16,445 bases of DNA, taken from a bacterium. Its GTDB lineage: Bacteria; Acidobacteriota; Blastocatellia; HR10. A program made the translations under genes and the position numbers. The notes beneath the pieces are model-generated. The model did no database searches and had not been told where the DNA came from. It was given only the letters and a program-made list of their open reading frames with translations. Shown one piece after another: positions 8,519 to 15,873 of this stretch (positions are counted from its first letter, which is position 1; each line of letters begins with the position of its first letter). The DNA lies in the NCBI GenBank assembly GCA_041640655.1, contig JBEPZV010000051.1, forward strand, positions 1-16,445. The letters are read 5' to 3'.

Positions 8519-10438
8519 TCACCCGCCCGTTTTCCTCACGTCTTCCACGAGCGCGCGCGCCAAGAGCAGGAGAAAGCGGGAACGCAACAGTGGGGATCGA
8601 ATGCGCCAGGACACAAGCCGCACCATGTAGGGATCTTCTCGTGCCAGAAGGAGGAGTTCGGCGGGGAGTTCGATCTCCTCGATCTCAGGCCGGTAGGTGA
8701 GCGACAGCTTTCCCGGCGTGAAGAGGACGCCTCCGAAGACCTCATCGCGCACATGAACTTTCTCCTCCGGCCCCGCTTCGTTCGCCGCCTGGATCGCCTC
8801 CATCAGGATGTGAAAGGCGCGCGTCGCATCCAGAGGAGCCAGCAGACCGGCGACGTCGAAGAAGCACTCGGCGCGACGGGGCGTCCGGGCCGCGCGCATC
8901 GCTTCCTGAACGGCCCTCTCCAGGAGCGCCCGCCCCGGTTCTATCTGCCGATCGCTCAAAAGCGCTCGAGCGATCTCGATGAAGGCCCGGGCGCGCCGTC
9001 CGGCATCGCCGAGCGTCGCAGCCACCTGCTGCGCCTCCTCAAACTGCCGCCGCGCTGTTTGCTCCATCGTCTGCCGAATCTTCACTTCCTCCAAAGTCAC
9101 TTCGCGCATCCGGATATCGGAGATTTTCTCCGCCGCTTTCCGAGCTTGCTCTGGGGGAACTCGCAGCGCCAGCTCTCGCAAGCGCTGATCCCGCACGCGA
9201 GCGCGAGGCTCCCGCTCGATGGCTTGCAGCTCTTCCTCAAGCGTCCCGCCAGCGACGCCCGGTGGGGAAACAGATCGCTGCTCATCCGGGAGCGCACCGA
9301 GAAGCGTCTGCGCGTAAACGGTCAGTTGCGCCGTCTGCACCGGATCGCCGAATTTCTGAAACAGCGGGAGGTAATCGTGGGTGAGCGACACGATGAACCT
9401 CCGCGTCTCTCGCGATCCGCTGAAAGCTCGACCGGCGCGCGCCTGTTGCCAGAGCATCTCCGCCCGTGCCAAGACATGCGCGAAAATCGCCTCCGCTTCT
9501 CGCTCCAAAGGCGCGAGCGAGTCGGCCGTGCGAAAGCGACGACTCAAATAGGCGCCGAGGACGGCCAGCGCCGAATCTTGGGAGAGCATCGGAAGCCGAG
9601 AGAAGACCACTCGAAACAGAGCGTCGCCCGCTTCGGGAGAACTCGCCGCCGACGTCAGCAGCACGCTCACGAGGGGAGGAATCTCACCGCTTGGTGAGAG
9701 CACGCGCCCGAGGACATCGGTGAGAAGCGAGACCTCTCGCGAGACATCCCCCGCCGACGCATCCCATAGCGCCGCCAGCATCTCTTGGTACAACGCCGCG
9801 CGCGTGAGCCCGCCGGTCGCGCGTTCGGCCTCTTCATCCGTGAGCCGCTCGATGAGGCGCGCGGCGAGTCTCGAATCCCGGCGAATCACCACGTGGAGAA
9901 GCTCTCGAAAGAGCACCCGCCGAAGTCCGACGTTCGCCGGCCGTTCCCTTCCTCCGCGTTCCTCCTTCACTTCCATGCGGACGATCTCATCCATCAGGTC
10001 CTCGCACAGCGAGCGTCCGGCCGGCTCATCGAGCGTCCACAGCAGGTCGGCCGCCTGAAGGCGAATGCGCCATCGCTGTGCGGGATCGGAGATCCGCTTG
10101 GCCTCTTCCAGAACCTCCTGCACGAGGAGGAAAGCGTCCCGCCGCTTCTCCGCAACCTCCTGCTCTTGCCCTCCAGGCTCCTGTCGGCCCTCGACTGCCG
10201 ACACCGCCTGAGCGCGTTCGGACGGCCCATCGAGCTTTTCAAGCTGACGGGATCCCCACGTGATCTGGAAGTCAGGCGGGGTGCTCACGAGAAGGATTCC
10301 GCCGACGACCAGCGCTCCCCGGATTCTCCCTCGCGTTCCTCGGCAAGGCCATCGCCGAGTCCGCAGGTCCGGAAAGCGCTCCCCTTGATCTCGAAGCTCG
10401 CGGATCGTCTGCCGAACCAAGACATGGAACCTCTGCAT
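8519..10438 (-). CDS. Hypothetical all-alpha helical-repeat (TPR-like) protein, possibly exported
   Basis: 639-aa ORF with SD GAAGGAGG; short hydrophobic stretch ALVVGGILLVS; repeated amphipathic helix pairs such as RARAFIEIARALL...GRALLERAVQEA and RAECFFDVAGLLAPLDATRAFHILMEAIQAAN. Confidence 0.75.
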   Translation of the reverse strand: MQRFHVLVRQTIRELRDQGERFPDLRTRRWPCRGTRGRIRGALVVGGILLVSTPPDFQITWGSRQLEKLDGPSERAQAVSAVEGRQEPGGQEQEVAEKRRDAFLLVQEVLEEAKRISDPAQRWRIRLQAADLLWTLDEPAGRSLCEDLMDEIVRMEVKEERGGRERPANVGLRRVLFRELLHVVIRRDSRLAARLIERLTDEEAERATGGLTRAALYQEMLAALWDASAGDVSREVSLLTDVLGRVLSPSGEIPPLVSVLLTSAASSPEAGDALFRVVFSRLPMLSQDSALAVLGAYLSRRFRTADSLAPLEREAEAIFAHVLARAEMLWQQARAGRAFSGSRETRRFIVSLTHDYLPLFQKFGDPVQTAQLTVYAQTLLGALPDEQRSVSPPGVAGGTLEEELQAIEREPRARVRDQRLRELALRVPPEQARKAAEKISDIRMREVTLEEVKIRQTMEQTARRQFEEAQQVAATLGDAGRRARAFIEIARALLSDRQIEPGRALLERAVQEAMRAARTPRRAECFFDVAGLLAPLDATRAFHILMEAIQAANEAGPEEKVHVRDEVFGGVLFTPGKLSLTYRPEIEEIELPAELLLLAREDPYMVRLVSWRIRSPLLRSRFLLLLARALVEDVRKTGG

Positions 10439-10459
10439 CTTCCCCTCCTTCGGGGCACA

Positions 10460-10487
10460 AGGATACTCGCGGTCCGAAGCCAGTCAA
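10460..10487 (-). promoter_or_regulatory. Putative sigma70 promoter of the 639-aa gene
   Basis: Minus strand TTGACT (10487-10482), N16, TATCCT (10465-10460), just upstream of SD and ATG 10438. Confidence 0.5.
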
Positions 10488-10519
10488 GAGCCTTCGCCCG
10501 AGCGTTCGCCGACCGATCT

Positions 10520-11080
10520 TCAAGGGGATGACGACTCCACGCGCCGGAGGATCTCAGTGAGCATCTCCTGTTCGGATTCGGGCTTCACTGGCATTCCCGT
10601 CCACACGGCTCGACACACCCCACGCCCGTCGAGCACGTAGTGCACAATTCCGCCCCCGATCTTCAAGCGCTCCTCTACGTCTTCGCAGGTGCTGAAGAAC
10701 AGATCCCCTTCCAACTTCGTCCGTTGCGCGAACGCCTGGAGCTCGTCAATCGAGCGCGCACAACCAATGATAACGTACCGCGCTCGGTCTGGGGGAAGGG
10801 CTTGTCTGATGCGATTCCAAAAAGGGACGCTCTCGACAGAGAAAGGACACGCCATGGAGAAGGCCGTCACGAAAAGGAGCTTTCCCTCGGCCTGTGGAAA
10901 TGGCCCGCCTCGAATAGGCTGAAGCTTTGGAAGGACCACGCGCTCGCCCACACGGATCGTATCCTTCTCCTTCTCCGGGACTTCCAACGACCGACGTTGG
11001 ATCGTCGTCCAGATCAAAGTTACCACCACATATGCGATGAGAAAGGCCACCAAAGCCAGAGTTACCCGCTTCGTTTTCAC
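10520..11080 (-). CDS. Membrane-anchored thioredoxin-fold (TlpA/AhpC-like) protein with CxxS site
   Basis: Likely start GTG 11080 (MKTKRVTLALVAFLIAYVVVTLIW; GAGG 8 nt upstream; avoids overlap with the peptide gene). Motifs IRVGERV, GKLLFVTAFSMACPFSVESVPFW and YVLDGRGVCRAVWTG fit a redoxin fold. Confidence 0.8.
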   Translation of the reverse strand: MKTKRVTLALVAFLIAYVVVTLIWTTIQRRSLEVPEKEKDTIRVGERVVLPKLQPIRGGPFPQAEGKLLFVTAFSMACPFSVESVPFWNRIRQALPPDRARYVIIGCARSIDELQAFAQRTKLEGDLFFSTCEDVEERLKIGGGIVHYVLDGRGVCRAVWTGMPVKPESEQEMLTEILRRVESSSP

Positions 11081-11090
11081 GGCAGTGGCC

Positions 11091-11375
11091 TCATGGGAGG
11101 ATCGGTCCCGGACCTGAGCATCCCGCTCCGATACAAGCTGTGCAGCACTCGCAGTTTGAGTACCGGCACTCTCCGTTGACACAATCTACCATGGTGCACT
11201 CGCAGCCTCCGAATCCCCACCAGCAACTGTTCGTGCATGCTCCTCCGCTCACAGGGCACGGGCCGGAAGCTGTGGCAGGAGCATAAAAAGCGGTTGCGCC
11301 CCCGAAGAGCGCGAAGAAGAGAACCGTCGTGAGTTCTTTTCGGACCCTCTGGAGGATCTCCGTTGAAATTTGCAT
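11091..11375 (-). CDS. Small secreted cysteine-rich peptide precursor (94 aa, 12 Cys)
   Basis: Strong SD AAAGGAGGAGG before ATG 11375. Leader MQISTEILQRVRKELTTVLFFALFGGATAFYAPATA ends in AxA; mature region SGPCPVSGGACTNSCWWGFGGCECTMVDCVNGECRYSNCECCTACIGAGCSGPGPILP. Confidence 0.8.
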   Translation of the reverse strand: MQISTEILQRVRKELTTVLFFALFGGATAFYAPATASGPCPVSGGACTNSCWWGFGGCECTMVDCVNGECRYSNCECCTACIGAGCSGPGPILP

Positions 11376-11412
11376 AACCCTCCTCCTTTGGAGCAGTGTT
11401 TCATGCGCCATG

Positions 11413-11437
11413 AGTATACTGTCTGTCTGTCTGTCAA
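11413..11437 (-). promoter_or_regulatory. Consensus-like -35/-10 pair with a tetranucleotide-repeat spacer upstream of the peptide gene
   Basis: Minus strand TTGACA (11437-11432), GACAGACAGACAG (13 nt), TATACT (11418-11413); 37 nt upstream of ATG 11375. Confidence 0.55.
11419..11434. repeat. (CTGT)4 simple sequence repeat
   Basis: ctgt ctgt ctgt ctgt, read directly at 11419-11434. Confidence 0.95.
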
Positions 11438-11628
11438 GCCCGAATTTGCAGAAGCACGGGGAGCAGGCTGGAGAAGGAGACACCTCACTGAAGGCCACGT
11501 TGCCAGCACGTCATTCTGTCGAGACACGGCAGCGCCCCGCGTTCAGGCGTATCGGCTTCGTGAGCCGAGCAGACGCACGAACAGGGCTCGAGAGCCGGCG
11601 CAAACGGCGGGCGAATCGCGGGATGCTC

Positions 11629-11658
11629 TTGACGGGGTGGCTGGGAGGCCGTTAGAGT
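11629..11658 (+). promoter_or_regulatory. Putative sigma70 promoter of the DUF4153-like gene
   Basis: TTGACG (11629-11634), N18, TAGAGT (11653-11658); ATG at 11666. Confidence 0.45.
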
Positions 11659-11665
11659 GTCGGCC

Positions 11666-13141
11666 ATGACGGCGATGCGCTCGGCCCGGTGGCTCGCGTC
11701 GGTGGCGCTGGCCCTTGGACTCTTGGGCGATTACTTGCTTCGCGCTCCGACGTGGGGGATCAACGTCGCCTTGGGATTGACCGCGATGGCCATGGCAGCC
11801 CTCGTGGCTTCGATGCTCTCGGTTTCGGATCGAAGCGAACGCCAGCAGACGGTGCGATGGCCGTGGTTCGCGGCCGCATTTTTCGCCGCCATGTGGGCTG
11901 TGCGCGATGCGGAGCTGTTGCTCGCGGTCGATCTGCTGGCCGCTTTGAGCCTCGCCTGCCTGCCGTTGATCCCAGGCGGCACTGCTGGCTTGCGAAGAGT
12001 CAGCGTGCTCGATGTGGTGGCCGCTACGATCGGTACGGCTTGGCGTACGGCGACAGGTGCCGCCGACCTGGTGCGTCACCTTCGACCGCACGCGACGTCG
12101 GGGCCGATCCTCTGGCGACGTGTCGCGACAATGGGGATCGGCTTGTTGCTCGCGATCCCTACTGTTCTGATCTTCGGTGCGCTGTTCGCTTCCGCCGATC
12201 CGGTGTTCGACAAGATGGTGGATTCGCTGATCGGCGTCGCCCTGAAATCCCTCGCCTCGCACGTGATCCTCACGATGGGGCTGGCGTGGGCGGCAGCGGG
12301 GTACCTGTGGACGCATGCAGCGGCCCGTCGGGTGACGCCGCCGGCACTGTCGCCGGTGACGTTAGGCTACACCCCGATGGTGACGGTCCTCGGCGCGACG
12401 GCACTGGTCTTCGCGCTCTTCATCCTCGTGCAAGCGCAGAGCCTCTTCGGGGGTGAGGCCTTCGTTCAAGCTCAAACGGGCCTCACGTATGCGGAGTATG
12501 CGCGGCGTGGATTCTTCCAGATGGTGTTCGCGGCGGCACTGGCGCTGCCGCTTGTGTACGTCGCCTGGTTCGCGGCTGGCTCGCCCGCGGATGCGCGGGG
12601 TGCCGCAGGGCTTCGCCTCATCATGGCGCTGCAGCTCGGCCTCACGACGCTGGTGCTCGTCTCGGCGCTTTGGAGGCTTGGCCTCTACATGCGCGCATAT
12701 GGGCTCACCGAGGATCGCCTCTATGGGGTGGCCGTGCTGCTGTGGATCGCTACGGTGATCGCCCTCTTTGTGCCGACCGTGCTGCGCGGTCGGCCGACGG
12801 GTGTCGTCCACGGGACGATCGTCGCGGCCGTAGTCATATTGGCTGCGCTCAACCTCGCCGATCCGGCGGCTCTGGTCGCGCGCTACAACCTCGCTCATCA
12901 AGAGCGCCGGACAGTGGACGTGAACTACTTGGCGCGGCTCAGCGCCGGTGCTGTGCCGGTGATCGTGGCTCGACTACGGGATGTGCCCTCGGCGGATCAG
13001 TGTGCGTTGGTCAACGCGCTCATGCGTCGGCATGGGGCGTCGCCTCCCGATTGGCGCGGATGGAACCTGGCGCGCGCTCGAGCGAAGCGCGCGCTCGCGG
13101 AGCTGGAGCTGCCGGCCTGCGCGCCTCATCGCGCGCGGTGA
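11666..13141 (+). CDS. DUF4153/DUF4173-like polytopic membrane protein (alternative start GTG 11657)
   Basis: Many TM segments; motifs LFASADPVF, YAEYARRGFFQMV, YMRAYGLTEDRLYG, VDVNYLARLS and DWRGWNL. Confidence 0.85.
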   Translation: MTAMRSARWLASVALALGLLGDYLLRAPTWGINVALGLTAMAMAALVASMLSVSDRSERQQTVRWPWFAAAFFAAMWAVRDAELLLAVDLLAALSLACLPLIPGGTAGLRRVSVLDVVAATIGTAWRTATGAADLVRHLRPHATSGPILWRRVATMGIGLLLAIPTVLIFGALFASADPVFDKMVDSLIGVALKSLASHVILTMGLAWAAAGYLWTHAAARRVTPPALSPVTLGYTPMVTVLGATALVFALFILVQAQSLFGGEAFVQAQTGLTYAEYARRGFFQMVFAAALALPLVYVAWFAAGSPADARGAAGLRLIMALQLGLTTLVLVSALWRLGLYMRAYGLTEDRLYGVAVLLWIATVIALFVPTVLRGRPTGVVHGTIVAAVVILAALNLADPAALVARYNLAHQERRTVDVNYLARLSAGAVPVIVARLRDVPSADQCALVNALMRRHGASPPDWRGWNLARARAKRALAELELPACAPHRAR

Positions 13142-13206
13142 TCTTCGCCTATTGCTCATTTGCCGTCTGCAGGACAGTGTTCTGTCGAGCCCGAGGTGGG
13201 CGATCT

Positions 13207-14526
13207 TCAGTCGTAATACTCCAGGCCGAGGTGGGTGATCAGCTCCTCGCCGCGCAGATACCGGAGCGTGTTCTTGAGCTTCATGAGCTGAATGAAGAGA
13301 TCGTGCTCCGGGTAGAGGCCGGGGGCTGTCATCGGGCTCTTGAAGTAGAAGCTCAGCCACTCTTGGATTCCACGCATGCCGCACCGCTGCGCCAGATCCA
13401 GAAAGAGTACGAGATCCAACACCAGCGGTGCCGCCAGGATCGAATCCCGACAGAGGAAATTGATCTTGATCTGCATCGGGTAGCCGAGCCAGCCGAAGAT
13501 GTCAATGTTGTCCCATCCCTCTTTGTTGTCGCCGCGCGGAGGATAGTAGTTGATGCGCACCAGATGAACGAAATCCCCGTAGAGATCCGGGTACAGCTCC
13601 GGCTGGAGGATGTAGTCGAGGACGGAGCGTTTGGATTCCTCCTTCGTGCGAAAGCTCTCGGGATCGTCAAGCACTTCCCCATCGCGATTACCGAGGATGT
13701 TCGTCGAATACCAGCCGCTCAACCCGAGCAGGCGCGCTTTGAGGCCCGGCGCGATGATCGTCTTCAGGAGCGTCTGCCCGGTCTTCAGGTCTTTCCCGGC
13801 GATCGGCACGTGGTTTCGTTGAGCCAATTCGATAAGCGCTGGGATGTCCACGGTGAGGTTGGGCGCGGCGTTGGCGAAGGGGACGCGACAGCGCAGCGCC
13901 GCGTAGGCGTAGATCATCGAGGGCGCGATATACGGGGAGTTCTCCATGAGCCCGCGCTCGAAGGCGTCCAGCGACCCATGCACCTCCGGTCTCGGCTCCA
14001 TGTAAATTTCGGTCGAGCCGCACCAGATCATGACCAGCCGCGCGCACCGATGCCGCGCGCGAAACGCCTCGATGTCCTCGATGAGCTGCTCGGCCAATTC
14101 GTACTTGGTCCGTCCGGTCTTCACGTTCGTCCCATTCAGCCGCTTCACGTAGGCGCGATCGAAGACGGCCCTCATGGGCTTGATCTCGCGCAGCTCCGGT
14201 TCGAGCACGGCGAGCAGCTCTTTCTCCAGGACTCCGGCGTGCAGAGCCGCTTCATACGCATCGTCCTCGAAGATGTCCCAGGCGCCGAAGACGAGGTCTT
14301 CCAATCGAGCCAGTGGCACGAAGTCCTTGATCTTCGGCACGCGTCCTTCGGTGCGTTTCCCCAACCGAATCGTCCCCATCTGCGTCAGACTGCCGATGGG
14401 CTTGCCGATGCCGCGGCGAATGGCTTGAACGCCCGCGATGAACGTCGTGCTCACAGCCCCTAAGCCGACCAGCAGGACGCCCAGCGTCCCCGTCGGCTCT
14501 GCGATCCTCACGCCCTTTTCGATCAT
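13207..14526 (-). CDS. ino1: myo-Inositol-1(3)-phosphate synthase
   Basis: GLGAVSTT (NAD binding), GKDLKTGQT, NILGNRDG, YYPPRGDNKEGWD, CRDSILAAPLVLDL and FYFKSP motifs; SD GAAGGAG. Confidence 0.95.
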   Translation of the reverse strand: MIEKGVRIAEPTGTLGVLLVGLGAVSTTFIAGVQAIRRGIGKPIGSLTQMGTIRLGKRTEGRVPKIKDFVPLARLEDLVFGAWDIFEDDAYEAALHAGVLEKELLAVLEPELREIKPMRAVFDRAYVKRLNGTNVKTGRTKYELAEQLIEDIEAFRARHRCARLVMIWCGSTEIYMEPRPEVHGSLDAFERGLMENSPYIAPSMIYAYAALRCRVPFANAAPNLTVDIPALIELAQRNHVPIAGKDLKTGQTLLKTIIAPGLKARLLGLSGWYSTNILGNRDGEVLDDPESFRTKEESKRSVLDYILQPELYPDLYGDFVHLVRINYYPPRGDNKEGWDNIDIFGWLGYPMQIKINFLCRDSILAAPLVLDLVLFLDLAQRCGMRGIQEWLSFYFKSPMTAPGLYPEHDLFIQLMKLKNTLRYLRGEELITHLGLEYYD

Positions 14527-14827
14527 CGCTTGCTCCTTCTCGAAGAGTTCTGTCCCCGGCCATCCCGAGGATCACGCCGGGGACGTTCGCCGAAGATTCA
14601 GTGTACGAGGCCGAGGCGTTCACGTCTCGCGCTCACTTGCTCGGATTTCGCGCTCAATTGCGCTCTCGCCGCCATGTGCGCACTCCGGGCGGAATGTGAG
14701 CTGCTCGCGTGAGGGGGATCCGTGCCCGCACGATCTGACTCAGGTTCGGAGGCCCGCGAAACAAACTGTCCGGTGACGTGGAGGACTCGCGAAGACGTGC
14801 CGCTCCCAGGTGTCCTTGAGGGGGCGA

Positions 14828-15796
14828 TCAAGAGAGTCGGCCGCGCAACTGGCTGTAGTATTCGATCTCCTCGGGATCCTCGATCTTGTACTTCTCCCAG
14901 ATCGTCGCGTGGCCGCGAACGGCGCGCAGGATGTCCGCGACGGACGCGATGTCATGAGGGAAGATCAGGTTGAAATTCACCCCCGGAGCTCCATCGCTGA
15001 GGAGGCGTTCCACGATCTCGATGGTGACCTCCAGACCGATCCGCGCGGCTTCCTCTTTGCTCCGCGCCTGCTCCAGGCGCTCCACAATCTCGCGCGGGAC
15101 GGGGATATGAAGGCTCGTGTGCAAAAACAGGCACCGGCGCACGCTCGTGAGCGGGATCACGGAGGGGAGGATCGGGACGGTGATCCCGTGAGCGAGCGCC
15201 GCTTCCGCGTAGCGCGCATAGTTGGTCGGATCCGTGATGATGTTGGCGATGATGCCTTGCGCGCCAGCTTCGATCTTCCGCCGTTGATAGGCCATGTGTT
15301 TGGCGAGCGCGTGCGATGGGTATTCCGGATGCCCGGCGACGAAGATGTCAATCGCGTAGCCCTGTGCGTCGCGGTATTCTCGAAGGAGCTGAACCAGCTC
15401 GACCGTCGAGAATTTGAAGGCGTCCACCTCGCGCGAGCGATGGGGCGTCGGATCCCCGCGCAGGACGAGGACGTCGGAGACAGCTCTTCGATTCATCTCA
15501 TCGGCGCGACTGTAGACGCTACGCACCGATCCCTCGTCGCGCGCCGTCAGGTGAATGACGATCGGCGTCTCCGGTCGCCAGGCCCGGATCGTCTCGACGA
15601 CCGCGAGCGGGTTCATGCGAAAGCTGCCGCCGGTGCTGTTGGTCACGGCGATGCCCGCGATGTCGAAATCCTTCAACGCCTGCACCATCTCGCCCGTCTT
15701 CACCATGGTCGTGTAGTTGACGGGCGGACTGATCTCGACGGTGAAGGTCCGCTCACCGGCCTCCGCTTTCGCGCGCAGTGTGCCGAGTAGCGCCAT
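14828..15796 (-). CDS. metF: Methylenetetrahydrofolate reductase-family (MetF-like) flavoprotein, divergent
   Basis: TVEISPP, IHLTARD, VLVLRGD, AGHPE, RKIEAGA and VPILPSVIP motifs. Start MALLG at 15796 after GAGGAG and a promoter. Confidence 0.8.
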   Translation of the reverse strand: MALLGTLRAKAEAGERTFTVEISPPVNYTTMVKTGEMVQALKDFDIAGIAVTNSTGGSFRMNPLAVVETIRAWRPETPIVIHLTARDEGSVRSVYSRADEMNRRAVSDVLVLRGDPTPHRSREVDAFKFSTVELVQLLREYRDAQGYAIDIFVAGHPEYPSHALAKHMAYQRRKIEAGAQGIIANIITDPTNYARYAEAALAHGITVPILPSVIPLTSVRRCLFLHTSLHIPVPREIVERLEQARSKEEAARIGLEVTIEIVERLLSDGAPGVNFNLIFPHDIASVADILRAVRGHATIWEKYKIEDPEEIEYYSQLRGRLS

Positions 15797-15823
15797 CGTT
15801 CTCTCCTCGCCGGCCGTGTGTTG

Positions 15824-15853
15824 GTTATAACAGAAGTCGCGCGGAGGGCTCAA
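15824..15853 (-). promoter_or_regulatory. Putative sigma70 extended -10 promoter of the metF-like gene
   Basis: Minus strand TTGAGC (15853-15848), N18, TATAAC (15829-15824), preceded by TGn (TGT-TATAAC). Confidence 0.65.
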
Positions 15854-15873
15854 GGGCGCAGAGTCAGCATCGC

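Noticed and set aside
10520..11080. Redoxin as the missing CcmG or as a selenoprotein
   Set aside because: It has CxxS rather than WCxxC, lies outside the ccm operon, and the codon is TCT, not TGA.
11091..11375. Peptide as a c-type cytochrome substrate of the nearby Ccm system, or as a sacti/ranthipeptide
   Set aside because: There is no CxxCH and no His in the precursor, and no radical SAM gene in the window.
11376..11498. 41-aa N-terminal extension of the peptide ORF with extra Cys
   Set aside because: It spans the promoter and strong SD; ATG 11375 is the better start.
12670..14463. 597-aa plus-strand ORF, and similar long ORFs at 524-1354, 3058-3972, 8753-9697 and 14810-15790
   Set aside because: Antisense shadows of motif-supported genes; Arg/Pro-rich with no motifs, as expected in high-GC DNA.
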